From the NCBI RefSeq assembly GCF_037042905.1, contig NC_087247.1, positions 38,812,001 through 38,876,000 of the forward strand: a stretch of DNA of 64,000 bases, read 5' to 3'. The stretch comes from Lytechinus pictus (Eukaryota). Positions within the stretch are counted from its first letter, which is position 1. Each line of letters starts with the position of its first letter. The notes beneath the pieces are model-generated. The model was not told the origin of the DNA and did no database searches. It saw only the letters and a program-made list of their open reading frames with translations. Below, one piece after another: positions 24,802 through 39,800 of the stretch. Position numbers and translations under genes: made by a program.

Positions 24802-27800
24802 CTGTACAAAAGGAATAAAATTAATTGTCACGTTACCGTAACTCAATTATTGAGTCATTGCAGTCTGCATGAAGTACTCTATAAAAAAATAAATGCATTT
24901 CAGCTGTACAAATATTGAATATTTGTAATCTTGTAATGATGTCATCTGGATCGCCCATATGCCCCATAAGTTTTCTCCCACATCTGATTTAAATTACCTT
25001 CAATGTTCACATTGTAACGACCAGTTCAAAATCGACTTCCCTCGGATTCAGCGTGAAAAAAAAAAACATTTGATATCCACTTAAATAAAACTTTGCCAAG
25101 TAATTTCCCGAGACTCTCATAAATCTAATGTGATATAATATATACAAAATATCATAGCACATATATAAAATGTTGGTGCCTAAAATAAAATCATGTTGAA
25201 TATACGTAAAACGGGTATCTCATTGGAGAAACCAAATGAATAGCCAGACTTGAAATAAAAGTGCTGAAACAATGATCACACGAAATATCTATAAGCCATA
25301 CGTGATTAACTTAAGAAAAGTTTTATAACAACAAATGATGAAACTCACTTAATAATTGGAGCTAGAGGTCCAAATGTTTCTTCTCTGCAAACTAGGGCAT
25401 CGGTAGGTACATCACGGATCAATGTAGGTTCATAGAAACTACCACCTAGAGCATGCCGTTTGCCTCCTACTAGAACCTTCCCTCCATGGGAGATTGCGTC
25501 TTGTACATGTTCCTCCACCTTTGGAAGACAAAGTTTATGTATTAGAGTACCAAATGTGAAGATGAATACATGTCCAACTCGTTAGCATCATAATGGAAAA
25601 TTAGGATGTAAATTCTAGAACAAATCATATTAAACACTTAGGAAATCCACTCCAGTATCATATTATTATGTTTTTGTTTTATTTCATGACAAAGAACAAG
25701 AAAAGATTATACTTTTCAATATATCTCCCTCTCGCTTCTAAAAAGTTCCAGTTTTACATCCTGACAAAGCTTTCAGTGTGCACTTTTAAGCGAGTATACC
25801 CAGGCGCGGATCCAGGGGCATGTGCCACCCCCCCCCCCCCCCGCCTTTTGAGAAGCAAAATTAAAAATTTGTAATGTAAAAATGCCATGGAAAGTGAAGA
25901 TCTTTTTTTTTTGCTTGTCAAATTTTTTCGGGTACGAAATACCCTTAATTAGTGGTTGAAAACTTTTTTTTTTTTTTTTGCTTGTCAAATATACCGTATA
26001 CCGTCAAATATACCGCCCCTGAGTATACCGGTGCTCCTTTTACTTTGGAAAAGATGCAATTTCTTTGAACAAAAATATTAAGAAAAAACATAAAAACAGA
26101 TGACAAGAAAAAGAGGGTTTTCGCTGTAAAAAGAGGGAAATTGACCCCAAAATACTATAGCAAGCTATAAAAACGACTTTCATAAATTTGGCACAAGTCT
26201 TCGTGGGCTAAAAGGGAGCATATGCCCCGTGTGCCCCCTCTGGATCTGCTTCCGCATGCATCCCATCCTACGTTAGTTTCAATAATTAAATGTAAAATGA
26301 ATTACTTCTACAGTGTTCTGGGAGAGATGGCCAATGTTTTAACACTCAAATGAGTAGGTCTACTGCATTCTAATTTGTCAAAATATGATTTCTGCATCCT
26401 TTCTTGGTAGATATAAATGATAATCCGAAATATGTACCCCAACATCTCAAAACTGTGTTTCTAAAAACATCACATATCATAGATTGCATGCTGTCTGTAC
26501 TCTTACTATCAAAGTCACTCACCTTTTCCATTCCTTTCACATTGATAAGAGGACCCTGTGTTGTCTTGGAATCCATGCCATCGCCGACTACTAATTTCTC
26601 AACTTCAGCCGTCATTTTCTGACAAAACTCTTCATACACCTCCTCTTGTACAAAAATTATGTTGGCACACACACAGGTCTAAAAGTGGTGGAAAATAAAA
26701 ATTACTTTAGAACTATAAAAGCCCTGCAAATTTAGGTTAATAAGATGTATGGGGGGAAAGACATGTAAAAAATGTATTATGTTTTGTTCTTCTACTTCTG
26801 ATTACATAAATCTTAAATATCTAATAAATATCAGCTAAAAAACGAACCGGGCCCTGGTTATGCTTATGAAATAAGGCCTATTTCAGTGGGGACTTTGAAC
26901 GGATGTGAAGCACATTACAAGTGATTCATACATACCATTTGACATAGCGTCATGTCATGTATCTAATATTGTTAAAGATTTTCCCCGCGCCAACAAATAG
27001 GCATATAGTCTTATACTGTTGACACTTAAATTAACAACAGTTTGTATGACTCTTAATAAATATCACTCAAATATACGAAAATTCGTCTCTACCTATCATG
27101 AATATTTAGCTAGAAACATGAGAAAATTGACAAGATACGAATGAAGGATTGACGATACTTTCAGTTATATTCACTTTTAAAGATAAGTTTATGTGAATTT
27201 CACGAATTGCATTAGATTAATCAGATAATGTGAAATATGACTTATAAGGCTCTAAAAAGCTCTGTCACATACTGCCATCTATAACGTAGAATTCTTTTCA
27301 GGGGGGGGGGGGGTAACGGAGATTGCTGCGAGTGTGAGGTGAATCCGGCCATCCCCGTTCACGGGGACAAAATCGGATTTGAAAATTTGGATTGATGACC
27401 GTTATCGAGCTTTCGGTTTTGGTAGGCTACCGTGACCTTTACTCCGACGAAAATTGCTTCAATGGCAAATAGGCACGTTAAGCCAAACATAACACCTTAC
27501 TTCCAAAATTAAATAAACCCTAATCCTTGTCTTTACATTATTCTGAATAATAAACTCTATTAGAATCCTAACTCTAACCCTATGTCCTCTGATATATTAA
27601 AGGTCAAGTCCACCCCAGCAAAATGTTGATTTAAATAAATAGAGAAAATGAAACTAGCATAACACCGAAAATTTCAAAATCGGATGTAAAATAAGAAAGT
27701 TATGGCATTTTAAAGTATCGCTTATTTTTCACAAAACAGTGATATGCACAACTCACTGACATGCAAATGAGTCAGTCGATGATGTCCATCACTCACTATT

Positions 27801-30800
27801 TCTTTTGTTTTTTATTATTTGAATTATACAATATTTCATTTTTTACAGATTTGACAATAGGGACCGACTTGGCTGAACCATATAGTATTAAACAATGCTG
27901 ATTCCATATATATAGGGAGGAATTAATTACTGTTTCACTTGACAATGAGGAGAAAATTAGAATATTTCATATAATAAAATACAAAAGAAATAGTGAGTGG
28001 ATGACGTCATCAGTCTCCTCATTTGCATACCGACCAGGATGTGCATATCACTGTTTTGTAAAAATTCAGTGAAACTTTAAAATGTCATAACTTTCTTATT
28101 TTACATCCGATTTTGATGAAATTTTAAGTGATATGCTTGTTGGATTTTTCTCTTTTTATTTAAATAATTTTTTTGTTGGGGTGGACTTGTCCTTTAAGAC
28201 CGGAGCATATGTCTTGTGATCTTTGCAAGAGGCTCATTAAATTTATTAGTTCTGAGCTCTATATGTGGGGAAGCAGATAACTTTTTGAGATCTCGGCCGT
28301 CCACCGCGTGATCGTGATGAATAACGATTCCTGCGTTACCCGCAAAGTCATCTATCACTTTCTCTAATAATTGATTGAATAATTACTAAATAAAGCTCCA
28401 GATATACTTGTTTTAAGTACTCTTGTTTACAAATATACATGAAAAAATGGAATCAAATCAAATTCAATTTATCATATTTTATATTTATTCAGTTCTTTGT
28501 CTTTCAACTTTTCGTTTGTTAATGCCTTTTCGGTGAAATTCTTCGGCAACACTATATAACCAGGATAAAACTCTTTGAGATTGATCGTTTTCTTTTAAAT
28601 CCCGTGTATATATGCGATTACAGAATATCATATAATTTAGGAACAGCGCGTAATGGCGTACTGTCTTTTTTTTTCTACAGACGTGTAATACAATAAGCCA
28701 GTTCACGGTTAGCTCATGATCAACTTTTCTCTAATGACCTTTGTGATATTTCATTAGGATAAGCACTATCATTATCAAATGTAGATGTTGCGTAAGCTTT
28801 ACCGGTAGAGTATTCAAATTCTAAGAACAAATAATAATAATAATATAGGTTTATTTACCCAGGGAAGCCACTTCAGTTTCGAAAACTGTTCTACCAGCGG
28901 GCCCTGCTATTATTATTACCCCGGCTTTAGCTGAGCTGCCTCGGCGCTCAAGCATTCAAGGAATTTCTTCCTACCGGGTACCCATTCACCTCACCTGGGT
29001 TGAGTGCAGCACAATGTGGATGAGTTTCTTGCTGAAAGAAACAAAAGGCATTGTATAGACCAGGTGACTAGAATAGTACATCAGGGATAAAGTTTGGAAA
29101 TCTGTTTTATTGTCTGCCTCTGGAACATTTGACTATTGTTAAGGCTAATGTCAAATACCAGTGATTATGAAGGCTCTGTTTATTTCTCTTCAGCTTGGAT
29201 GTGATAAAATGAATATTTTGAAAGGAATTTATGAATAATCATCAAATCACAAATTTTATGTCAGTGAATTTGAAAGCCACCTTCATGGTTTATCTCAAAT
29301 GACCTTTTTCTGCTCGTGCAGTTTACAACCGTGAACAGGCTTATTGGATATGATTAGGCACGAGATGCACGAGGTGGTACAGAAGAAGGTGACTGGTGAC
29401 AGCGTAACGGTGCGAAACAGAATGATGTGAAACGTCTGGGGTGGATTTCACTATATCCAGCCTTTTAAGGATTGAAATATGGCCCCTTCAAATTGAACAT
29501 GTGGCCGTCTTGAAGTGGCCAAAAACATTATTGGACGAAACAGACGGTACCGTTAGATACGGTAAGTCAGCACAACAGTGAACTTGAACAATTAAATTGG
29601 GTTTATTCAGACCTGTCCGGATCCGCGGTATTTAGAGACCATGGCGCCAGCAACAGCGGCGTCTACATCAGCTGAATTGAATACAATAAATGGTGCATTA
29701 CCACCGAGTTCCATGGAAACACGTTTGACTGTATCAGCTGATTGTTTGAGAAGGATCTGAAAAACAAAAACACGCAAATATACAATCACAAACCATGAAA
29801 GAGGATGGTTACTGTAAATACAAATTTTCTTACTGGCAAGCAAGGTATCCCATAGTAAATGAAAAGTCCCATTTCACAAGAAATTAGCTCATGGTAGGCA
29901 ATAAATTGTGACCTAAAGGTGAATTCATTTACTTTTTCTAGATAATACGAATACTGTGTAATTACAAAACCAATCAAGCTTTTGTCAATACTCTTTCTTC
30001 TGTTCATTTCCTCCTGTTTTTTTTGGTCATTTCAAGATTTTTACTTAACATCACTTCAAAAACAATAGCGGCGGTGACCATTAAGTCCCCCTGTAGTACC
30101 GTCTGTCTCGGCCCCACGTTTCATTGGTTCTAAAAGGAAAAGGCAAAAAGTGCCATGAACAGACCAGTAACAAGCCGACCATGACTAAAATAAAAGTTGT
30201 GTTTTTCTAAATCGGATAAATCAGACATAAAATGGTAACTCTTCGAGTCAACTTTAAATCTTAAATTTTCTTAGAAAATGTTATATGCTGTACCAAGTAA
30301 GAAAAAAAAAGAATTGCCAGTTCTTGTTAGAATGATTTCACTTCAGTTGGCGTTATATTGGTTAAGCCCCAGTCACATATAGATCCCGGACCACCCCGGA
30401 CCATCCCGGATCTGATCCGGGGTGGTCCGGGGAGAGATCCGTGTTGGCGCCTTGGGCATCCTTGGAGGTCCGGGGTGGTCCGTGTTGGTCCTTGAACGTC
30501 CGGGAGGCCAACACGGCAGTTTTTGACTGTCAAAAACATCCGGCGTCATCCGTGGACTGCCGGGTTGGCAAAGCCATCCGGGATGGTCCGTGTAGGTCCG
30601 TGTGGCTGCCGTGTAGGTCCGTGTAGCTGCCGTGTAGGTCCGTGTGGCTGCCTGGAGTATCCTTGGCAGTCCGTGTTCTTTTTTCCCATCAAATCTTTAC
30701 AACGCTATTTACTTTATGAACTTTTCAGGAGTTGTTAAACAGTTGAAACAAACTTGCTTAATTTATTTATTATTAAATGGATGATTTAACGATTCAGGAT

Positions 30801-33800
30801 ATTTTCTTACGCTTCTTACGCCCAACCTAATATCTGTCAACTTAGTGCATGTATCAATATTTTATTTTTTTATTTTTAATATTTACCCCAACTTTGTCTG
30901 TTATTACTATTTCACATTTCATTTTCTTAAAATAAATGTTATGTACCTGTTACATCAAAATTGTACATTAAGTTTGATACCACTGCCCTGTATCGACAGT
31001 TATGCGTCATGACCTGGGCCTATCTTAATTTTTATTATGTTTTCTATTGACTTTTTTAAAAACAACATAATATAATGTTGCGACAAGGATGAGAAAAAAT
31101 AAATAAATATCAGCTCATTATATTATGAGCAGATTCTCATTTGCCGTGCTGGTCAATATAGCTGCCGTGTTGGTCCTTGAGCTGACGTGTTGGTCCGTGT
31201 AGCTGACGTGTTGGTCCGTGTAGCTGACGTGTTGATCCGTGTAGCTGACGTGTTGGTCCGTGTTGGTGACGTGTAGGTCCGTGTTGCTGACGTGTTGGTC
31301 CGTATTGGTCCTTGTAGCTGACGGGTTGGTCCGTGTTGCTGACGTGTTGATCCGTGTAGCTGACGTGTTGATCCGTGTTGCTGACGTGTAGGTCTGTATT
31401 GCTGACGTGTAGGTCCGTGTTGACGACATGCTCTGCCGGCATGGTCCGTGTAGATCCGTGTGAAGACCTCCCCGGACCTCCCCGGATCATGCCGGCGTTG
31501 CCGTGTTGATCCGTGAGGATCCGTGTCTATATGTGACTGGGGCTTTAGCTGCGTTGTATAGACTTCCGTTTGTTCTTGAGCAAGCGTTATACAAAAGAGA
31601 GAGAGAGAGAGAAAAAAAATATACAAACCTTTCCTGTTTGTGTTGAACCAGTGAAAGATATCTTAGCCACTAAAGGACTTTCACACATGATTTTCCCTAC
31701 ATCTGCAGCATGAGAGCGAGAACACGGTACAACGTTGAACACACCAGCCGGTACTCCCGCTTGGTTGGCCAACTATAGATCATTAAAAAAATACACTGTT
31801 GACATGTATGTAATTTTACATAGGACGTGAGTAATTTCAAGAAATATATCTAATCAAAATCTATATAAGGTTATAACCTTGATATATTGTCCGTTTTGTT
31901 CACTTAGAGCATGATTCATAAAAAGTATATCTAAGTAAGATCATTGGTATACCTTATCTGCAAACTCTGTGTAGGTAGTTTGATATATTTATTAGGCTTT
32001 TTTAACATATAGAAACACATCCAATAATGAACAGCCAGATCAGTAAGTTAAAAAATTAATCAGTATTTACAGGATGATTGCAATTTTCAATGAATAAAAC
32101 ACAATTGTATTTTACATTTAGGACATGTACCAAGACATGTTGTATAAATCAGGTATACCTCACACAATGCAAGGGCCGACAGAGGAGTATCTTCTGCTGG
32201 TTTGACTACCACTGTGCATCCAGCTGCAATCGCTGCAGCAGCTTTTCGTGTGATCATTGCAGAGGGAAAATTCCACTGAAATGAGAAATGATTTCAATAA
32301 AATACAATCATAAGCTAACATACTTCAAGACTATGACTACAAGAACGAGGTTATTGGTCAAGATTAACATGCATCGCATAACTTATATGGACAAAAGAAA
32401 TTTAATGGGGTGCTGAGGTCACACCATTAAAGGGTTTTACGGATTTTAATGAGAGTGACTTCTATCGGTAAATCATGGAATAAAATCAGTTCGATTATTA
32501 ATCAGCTTTGTGCATTATGGTCCGTGACAAATATATCTTTTAAGTTAAGAGGCTTGACCAAATTATTCGTATCTCAAGTTGTTGGTTTAAATGGTTCATA
32601 GCAAAATTATGAAATGGAAAGCTATTGGAATCATAGTATTTTCAAACATGTTGAATTACACTTTGGGGGAATGTACGTCCATGACACATTCATAGTGGCG
32701 ATTGAGAAGCATATTGATTATTATTCGATCGCGAAAATACTCGACGAGGTCAATTCATTTGGATAAAAATAGCAACAACAAAAAACTAAATCACATCTCA
32801 ATTTATATCGTGTTCAGCCGTGATACTAAAGATTAATTGATGTGCATATGAATAGGAAACCATGACAATCGTACGCATTTATTAAACTTATAAATATAAA
32901 GCATGTCATATCGTTTGGTCACTTAACATTTACAGGCCTCACAATTTTGTCTTCTTTTCTTAAATAATCCATCCGTGACAAGCTGACCGCATTCAGTAGT
33001 CAAAATTTTGTTACAAATGATATGTGTCTGTATCAAAATTAATGTTTCGTATTTAAAATTATTGCTTGAGTCGGCTTTAATTGCAAAATAAATGAATAAA
33101 CTCAACGATGTAAACAAAAATTAAGGAATCAATGAACATTTGAAAGAAAATGATCCTATATAAAATCACAGATAAAAAAACTATGTCTAGAGTTATTTTC
33201 GATTTCATGCAAGTCATTTTAACCCTGTCTAGGCCGGGGTATTTTGGGAGTTCATATGGCCGGGGGGGGGGGGGGGGCTCCCAGCCCCCGCCCCCTTGAG
33301 ATCTCGGCCGTTTGCCGCGCGATCGCGCCGAAAATTGGCACGCAGGTTGTCTGGGACATAATCAAGAAAATGGTATAGTAATTTATTTCATGCAAATTGC
33401 TATTAAGTGATTATGCCAATTTATGCATATTTAGTATGCGAAATCATACTTATCCCTCTAACTCCCTAAATAAAGCTCAAAATGTTCGAATTTTTGGCAT
33501 AAAAACTCTTTGTGGTGTTCTTAGCAAGTGTACATGAAAAAAATTGCGATATCAGATCAATTTCTTATGTATTATATAATTTTTTGCAATTTCTTATATA
33601 TTTCTATGTTTTTTTGACCTTTTTTTCTTTGTTTTTTAATGAAATTTGTTGGGGACTCTTCTGAGAACATAAACAGCATAAAATGAATACATGTAAACCA
33701 GTAAAACTAAAAATAATCATAAATTTATGATTTTTGGTTGAAAACACAATTTGAATTGACTTTGTACACGAAATCACGTTTTTGAACAATTTTTTGTCTA

Positions 33801-36800
33801 ACATGCACGTACATAATGTTGCGTAATTTCGGAACCGCGTACCCGGGTGACGCAAAACAGGGCCCCGTTGTACAAAGAGTTACGATTGATCCGATCAATC
33901 GTAACTATGGCAAGCCAGCAAAGTCAACATACGAAATGCATGTTTGTTCAAAAAAAATTCTAGATATGAATGCATATCCATAAATTCATTGATTTCTTGA
34001 CAATTTGGGGTGTTCTCCTTTGATTACAAAGGACATTTTGCAAATTTCCTGTAGAAAAAATTATGACACTGATGGATTTCCATAGAGTTACGATTGATCG
34101 GATCAATCGTAACTCTTTGTACAACGGGGCCCTGGTCTCAAAAGTTGCGTAAGACTTGAAAGTAAAAAGTCAGCGAGCGGCGCGGTCAAAAAATTTCGCG
34201 CGGGGAAAATATTGCGCGAATCGGCGGGGGGGGGGGGGGGCCTCCGAGGCCCTCCCCCGGCCTGGATAGGGTTAAAGAACATTATGTTTCAATTAAAGGT
34301 CGATGAAAAACACACAATCAAGAAACTGACAATGCCAAGTAATAAGTCATAATAATTACGAATGATTAAATGTTTACTCCAATCAAATATTGATAAGCAA
34401 ACAAATCACATAAGTATGCAGGCTGCAAAATATTTTGAATTCTCGTCTGATGTAGCATACACTATTTTAATATTTGCAGATTTGGCAATGGAGGAAACTC
34501 TTTATTAAATCACAAAAGATCCATCTAGATGACAATTCCACACGACCCGGGAGAAATCAAACTTAATCTGTCATGTAAGGAAAAAATAAAACATTTCAAA
34601 GGTCATAAACTAAAGGAATAGTGAGTGAAAGATGCCATCGGTATTCTTATTTGCATACTGGCCAGGATAAGAATGTCATAATTTTTATATCTTACATCCG
34701 ATTTTGATGAAAGTTTTCAGGGTTATGCTTATTTTACTTTTTACTTGATTACTTTGTTGTATTCTGATCAACTTTTGGCTTCGTATGGACTAAAGTTGAT
34801 CCATAAAACAGTTCTTCAGTTGATCTGTCAAACAATCATGAGAAGTAAATCAGGGCGGACGGGCGACTTGAAAATCATCATCTGTCATTCACTGCCAACC
34901 TTAATTAACCACCATGGGTATATAGGCGGAGATGTATAAATACCGCTGGAACCTGGCACGTGCATACATGCGCCAACTTTAAAATCATAATGTATCAAAT
35001 TAAATTTGAAATTCAGTGATACAATATCGACTGCTAGAGTGTGAATATCTTGCGTTAAATTACCGCAGAAATCAGAGAGACGCCTCGTGTGCATTGGGGT
35101 CTTCATGTAAACTTCACAAGGTCAATCAGTTCCAATAACATAAGCATGATAAGAATGATAATATCAAGGAAAAAACCTTAAACAGTATACGAGTATGCAT
35201 TGTGCAATTACCTATCAAAGTTCATTTCTTTGTTCACGTTGTTAAGGTGTGTAGTTGGATACAATATTCAGTTATTCAGTTATTCAATGATGAAATAGGA
35301 ATAAAATTTCGGAAATAATAACGCTATCTTTGCTAAAGTTTATTTGTTTTGAAAACGGTAACCTTTCACACACATTGGCTTAATAGACCGAAAGTGACTG
35401 CATCAAATACGGGAAATAAATGTGCTGTGTCATTGCCAAATTCTGAATAGGACCTATAATTTATACGTGCAGTACTTCTTTACAGGATCGATTTTGAAAC
35501 GTAGAAGCCTAACGAATTTTCGATGGAAACTAAAACTGGTAACAAACTGATGGGATCAGGGACTTTCAAGGCTTACTGAGAATGAAACAGACCACTGCGA
35601 TCAGTCGGACAAAAGAGCCAAAATATTTTGAGGGGGCACAATATGGTGAAGTTGGAAAAACTTTATAATATAATTTTTTTCTTTTGAATAAAAAGTAGGG
35701 AAGGAACAAAAATTATGAAGTTTTCACATGAAATTTTATTTTAGGTTTTGAAATGTTTATTTTTCATCCTTGTCTAATATTTCCATTTTTCTTAGTTTTT
35801 CTGGGTCGTGGAACCTTTGGGCCAATCCCATATATACGCTAGTGCCTGAGATACATAATAATATTGCATGTAAATGGTATTTAGCCTCACTTGAAAGCAT
35901 TTCAAGGTTGGTTTTCTGATCTTGTTGCCTTGTCATGCAAACTAGTAGGCCTCTGCGTAGGCGGAGTGAGACGGCAAATGCTATCTGTGAATTGTGATAG
36001 CCTTGTGGGGGATGTCTTCACTGTCTTGCCATTTTTTTTAATGGGCTCTCCCTCTGGCCAAATATGGATCGATCAGCCCCTGATATTACGTCACATGTGG
36101 CATTATTAATTTTCATCAAGAATACTGTTTTTGAACTATATGAATTCTTATTTGCACAAAGTAATTTATTTTTCACAGACCTTGCACAAATCAATAATTG
36201 TGCATTGTGAAAATACGGCATTTTGCAATCACTGATCGTAAAGATTCTATTTCATCTCGTATTAAGTAAATGTAGCATGAGTTTGATTTATATTTGAAGT
36301 TGTTGGCAAATATCATAATTTTATTTTCAGCGTAATGTTCGATCGTCTTCTACTAAGGCATTAATGGGGAAGGGGTTGTTCCTATTGTAACATCTTTGTT
36401 ACTGATTATTCAATATCTTACTTATCCTCCTATTTATACCCTTTTATTTTGATAGGGTTTCTCATAAATGAAAATGGCATCATATCAATCCATTTTCTAG
36501 TTTGAAAGGGACACAAATTTCGTCCGAAGCTTAACTGATTTGGATAATTATTATGAGCGAACGGAGCGACCGATTAAAAAGGGAAATATATAATCATCAG
36601 ATAAACCATATATGTACATTATTAGACCGCTTAGTTTACATACTTGTCTGCTTTTTGAAAATCATCTCGCATCCACAAATTTCCTAATTGCACACTTTAC
36701 AAAGACGAGCGTGTAGAATCAGCGAGGAAAAATATGCTCGCTCTTTTATGGGATTATTATGTTTAGAATCCAAATTTCAGAATCTGCTTGCTAGCAGCTT

Positions 36801-39800
36801 GTTATAAAAATATTACTATATCCAGTTCATTCATGACATCCAACAGTTATCTATTTAGGGATACAATCCCCCCCCCCCCCCCCGTCTGAAATGATGATGT
36901 ACTTTCTAAGAAAAAGAAAAAAATGAAACAAGAATGAATTATTTGCAAAACAGGGGAACGTTTCATCAACATTTTCGTCCGACAAGTTGTCAAGTCTGAC
37001 AACTTTCCTTGATTATGACTGGCTGACAGGCAATGTTACCATAGTAATTGTCGGATAAAACAGTACTTGTCGGATAAAACGTCCGACAGGTCCTTTCATG
37101 AAATAATCCCTGGCCAGGAAGTCACAAAGCATATCTATAGGCCGACATTATTATCAAGCGAGCTGCTCCTGATTGGTGTCTCTTGTATCTATCAGGTTTT
37201 TATTACTATTTTATTAATTACTCTGTAGATTTTGCAATCATCAATTTCATATCATTTGAACCATGAATAACATATTCAAATTCAAACGCAAAGCTTGTAG
37301 ATAGTTTTGTAGGCCTACTATCATGACTGTAGGCACTTATCCCCACCCCCCATCTCTCTCCCTTTATCACACAAAGATTTATAATTATGAGGGTATATAT
37401 ATGGACCCAATTGAAAATATTTTACATGCATAGATTATGGTTTAATTTGAAAATACCGAAACATGTGAAAACAATGAAACGATGAGATTCAAACCATATC
37501 ATCGGTCATAATTATGAAATTTTGAATTTCATAATATCTTTAAAAAACACTGACTAAACAATATATAAATACCAGTTAGGAAAAGATAATTCTACTAATA
37601 GATCGGTATGAAGAATATAATGCAGAAAATTTGGTAACTATTACAGAAATATTATGGCTTCCGTACAGGGGTTCATAAAAAGCAGATTAGGCCTATGGGT
37701 TATGAGCAAATTTTACACAGGAAGGAAAAATAATCCAGTATGATATGTTCGGCTAGAAATAAAGGGTACCAGTACATGAATTCCAGTTACTCGTACATTG
37801 CATTATATGGGATAATCTGAACCGTGACAAGACTATGATAGTAACGGAGGGTATTTTCTTCATATACTCACAGGTGTAATCATTGCTGCTACTCCAACTG
37901 GTTGTCTGATAAATATCATCCTTTTAGTCTTGACAGGTGACGAGACCACATCACCATACGCTCGGCGAGCTTCCTCAGAGAACCATTCGTTAAAGGATGC
38001 TGCGTAGCCAACCTCACCCATCGCTTCCGATAAAGGCTTGCCCTAAAATCCATTGAAGTTTGTAGATAATAAAATGAAACTTACGTTTTTTTTTTAATCT
38101 TCCCACAAACATAATTATATACAATATACTCCACTGATATACACAGTAAAAAATAGCACACTGTTTAAGCCTGTCAATCTAATAAAAAGTTGTTTAAACC
38201 TTTTTGTAAGTTAAAAAAAAACTTGTTTAAAAGTTTAAACTGTTGTTTAAAAAGTTTAAACAATAGTCGTTAGAGTGACGGGCTTATACAACGTGCTTAA
38301 AATTTTAAACAGCGTTTTTACAGTGTGAGATGTCCATGGACTATCCAAACTTTCGTCCAAGTTTACGTGCTTCTTCAAATCACATTTAAAGAAATAATCT
38401 GGGATATTTCAAGTAATTAAATGAGAAAAAAAATAAATACATAATGCGATTGGTATAGAATGACTTACGTTTTCTGATGTCAAAATTTTGGCTAATTCTT
38501 CTTGATTCTGCATCATCAGTTCTGCCCATCGTCGCAGAATTAGCGCCCTTTCCTGAAAATCATACCGAACAAAACATTTTCATATAACATCGGAATAATT
38601 CCGATGGACAAAAGTGAAAATATATACATTTCCTTATTTTTATACATTGCACCTTGTACTGTTCCAAATAGCAATTTACAGGGCTCCTTTAAAAGGACAA
38701 GTCCATCCCAACAAAAAATTGATTTGAATAAAAAGAGAAAAATCCAACAAGCATAGCACTGAAAATTTCATCAAAATCGGATGTAAACTAAGAAAGTTAT
38801 GACACTTTAAACTTTCGCTTAATTTCACAAAACAGTTATGCATATCCCGGTCGGTATGCAAATGAGGGAACTGATGACATCACTCACTCACTATTTCTTT
38901 TGTATTTTATTACATGAAATATTGTAATTTTCTTCTCATTGTCCTTTGAAACAAAGTCTCATTTCTCCCTGAACATGTGGAATTACTAACATTTTATGGT
39001 TCAGTCAAGTTGGTCCTTATTGTCAAATCTCAAAAATTGAAATATTGTATAGATCAAACAATAAAAAAAAGAAATAGTGAGGGACAACATCGATTCTCTC
39101 ATTTGCATGGGAATAAATTGTGCATAATAACTATTTTGTGAAAAATAAGCGAAACTTTAAAATTTCATAACTTTCTTATTTAACATCCGATTTTAATATA
39201 ATTTTCAGCATTATGCTTGTCTGATTTTTTAATCTGTTGATTCAAATCAACATTTTTCTGAGGTGGACTTGTCCTTTAATTTTGCTTCGGGGTGTAATTT
39301 GGAGTGAAATCGCTTTGAGTCCCCGTTTATTTCCTTTTTTCCCTACAGACCTCTTCTGTTTTTAACTCACAATAATTGTAACACTAAAAAATGTCGAGCG
39401 CCATGAATATTTTGTACTAAAGATAATGATATCAACTTTGGTATTACATCAAAATCCGTATCACAAGACATTATTTTTTCCATTTTAAAAAGGTCAAAAT
39501 TTTAGCTCGTTCTCTTCGCTTGCTCTCAACTTGTGAGGAATTTTGCCACATACGTCATGCTCTTTCCCTCAGATGTTTTGGCCCATTGCCGATTCCACTG
39601 ACCACTCGTGTAATCAAAACCTGATAATTTTTACTGTAAAAGACTCTTTGCATTGTGTAATTGGCAAACAAGAGCCTAATGGATGGTGGGGGGGGGGGGG
39701 GGGGTAATGGCCGATGAAGTGGCTGTAGCCCCCCCCCCCCCCGGTTATCTACGCCCCTGGTTGTCGTTTAACAACTATCGTCACCTAACTACGTTTCTTA

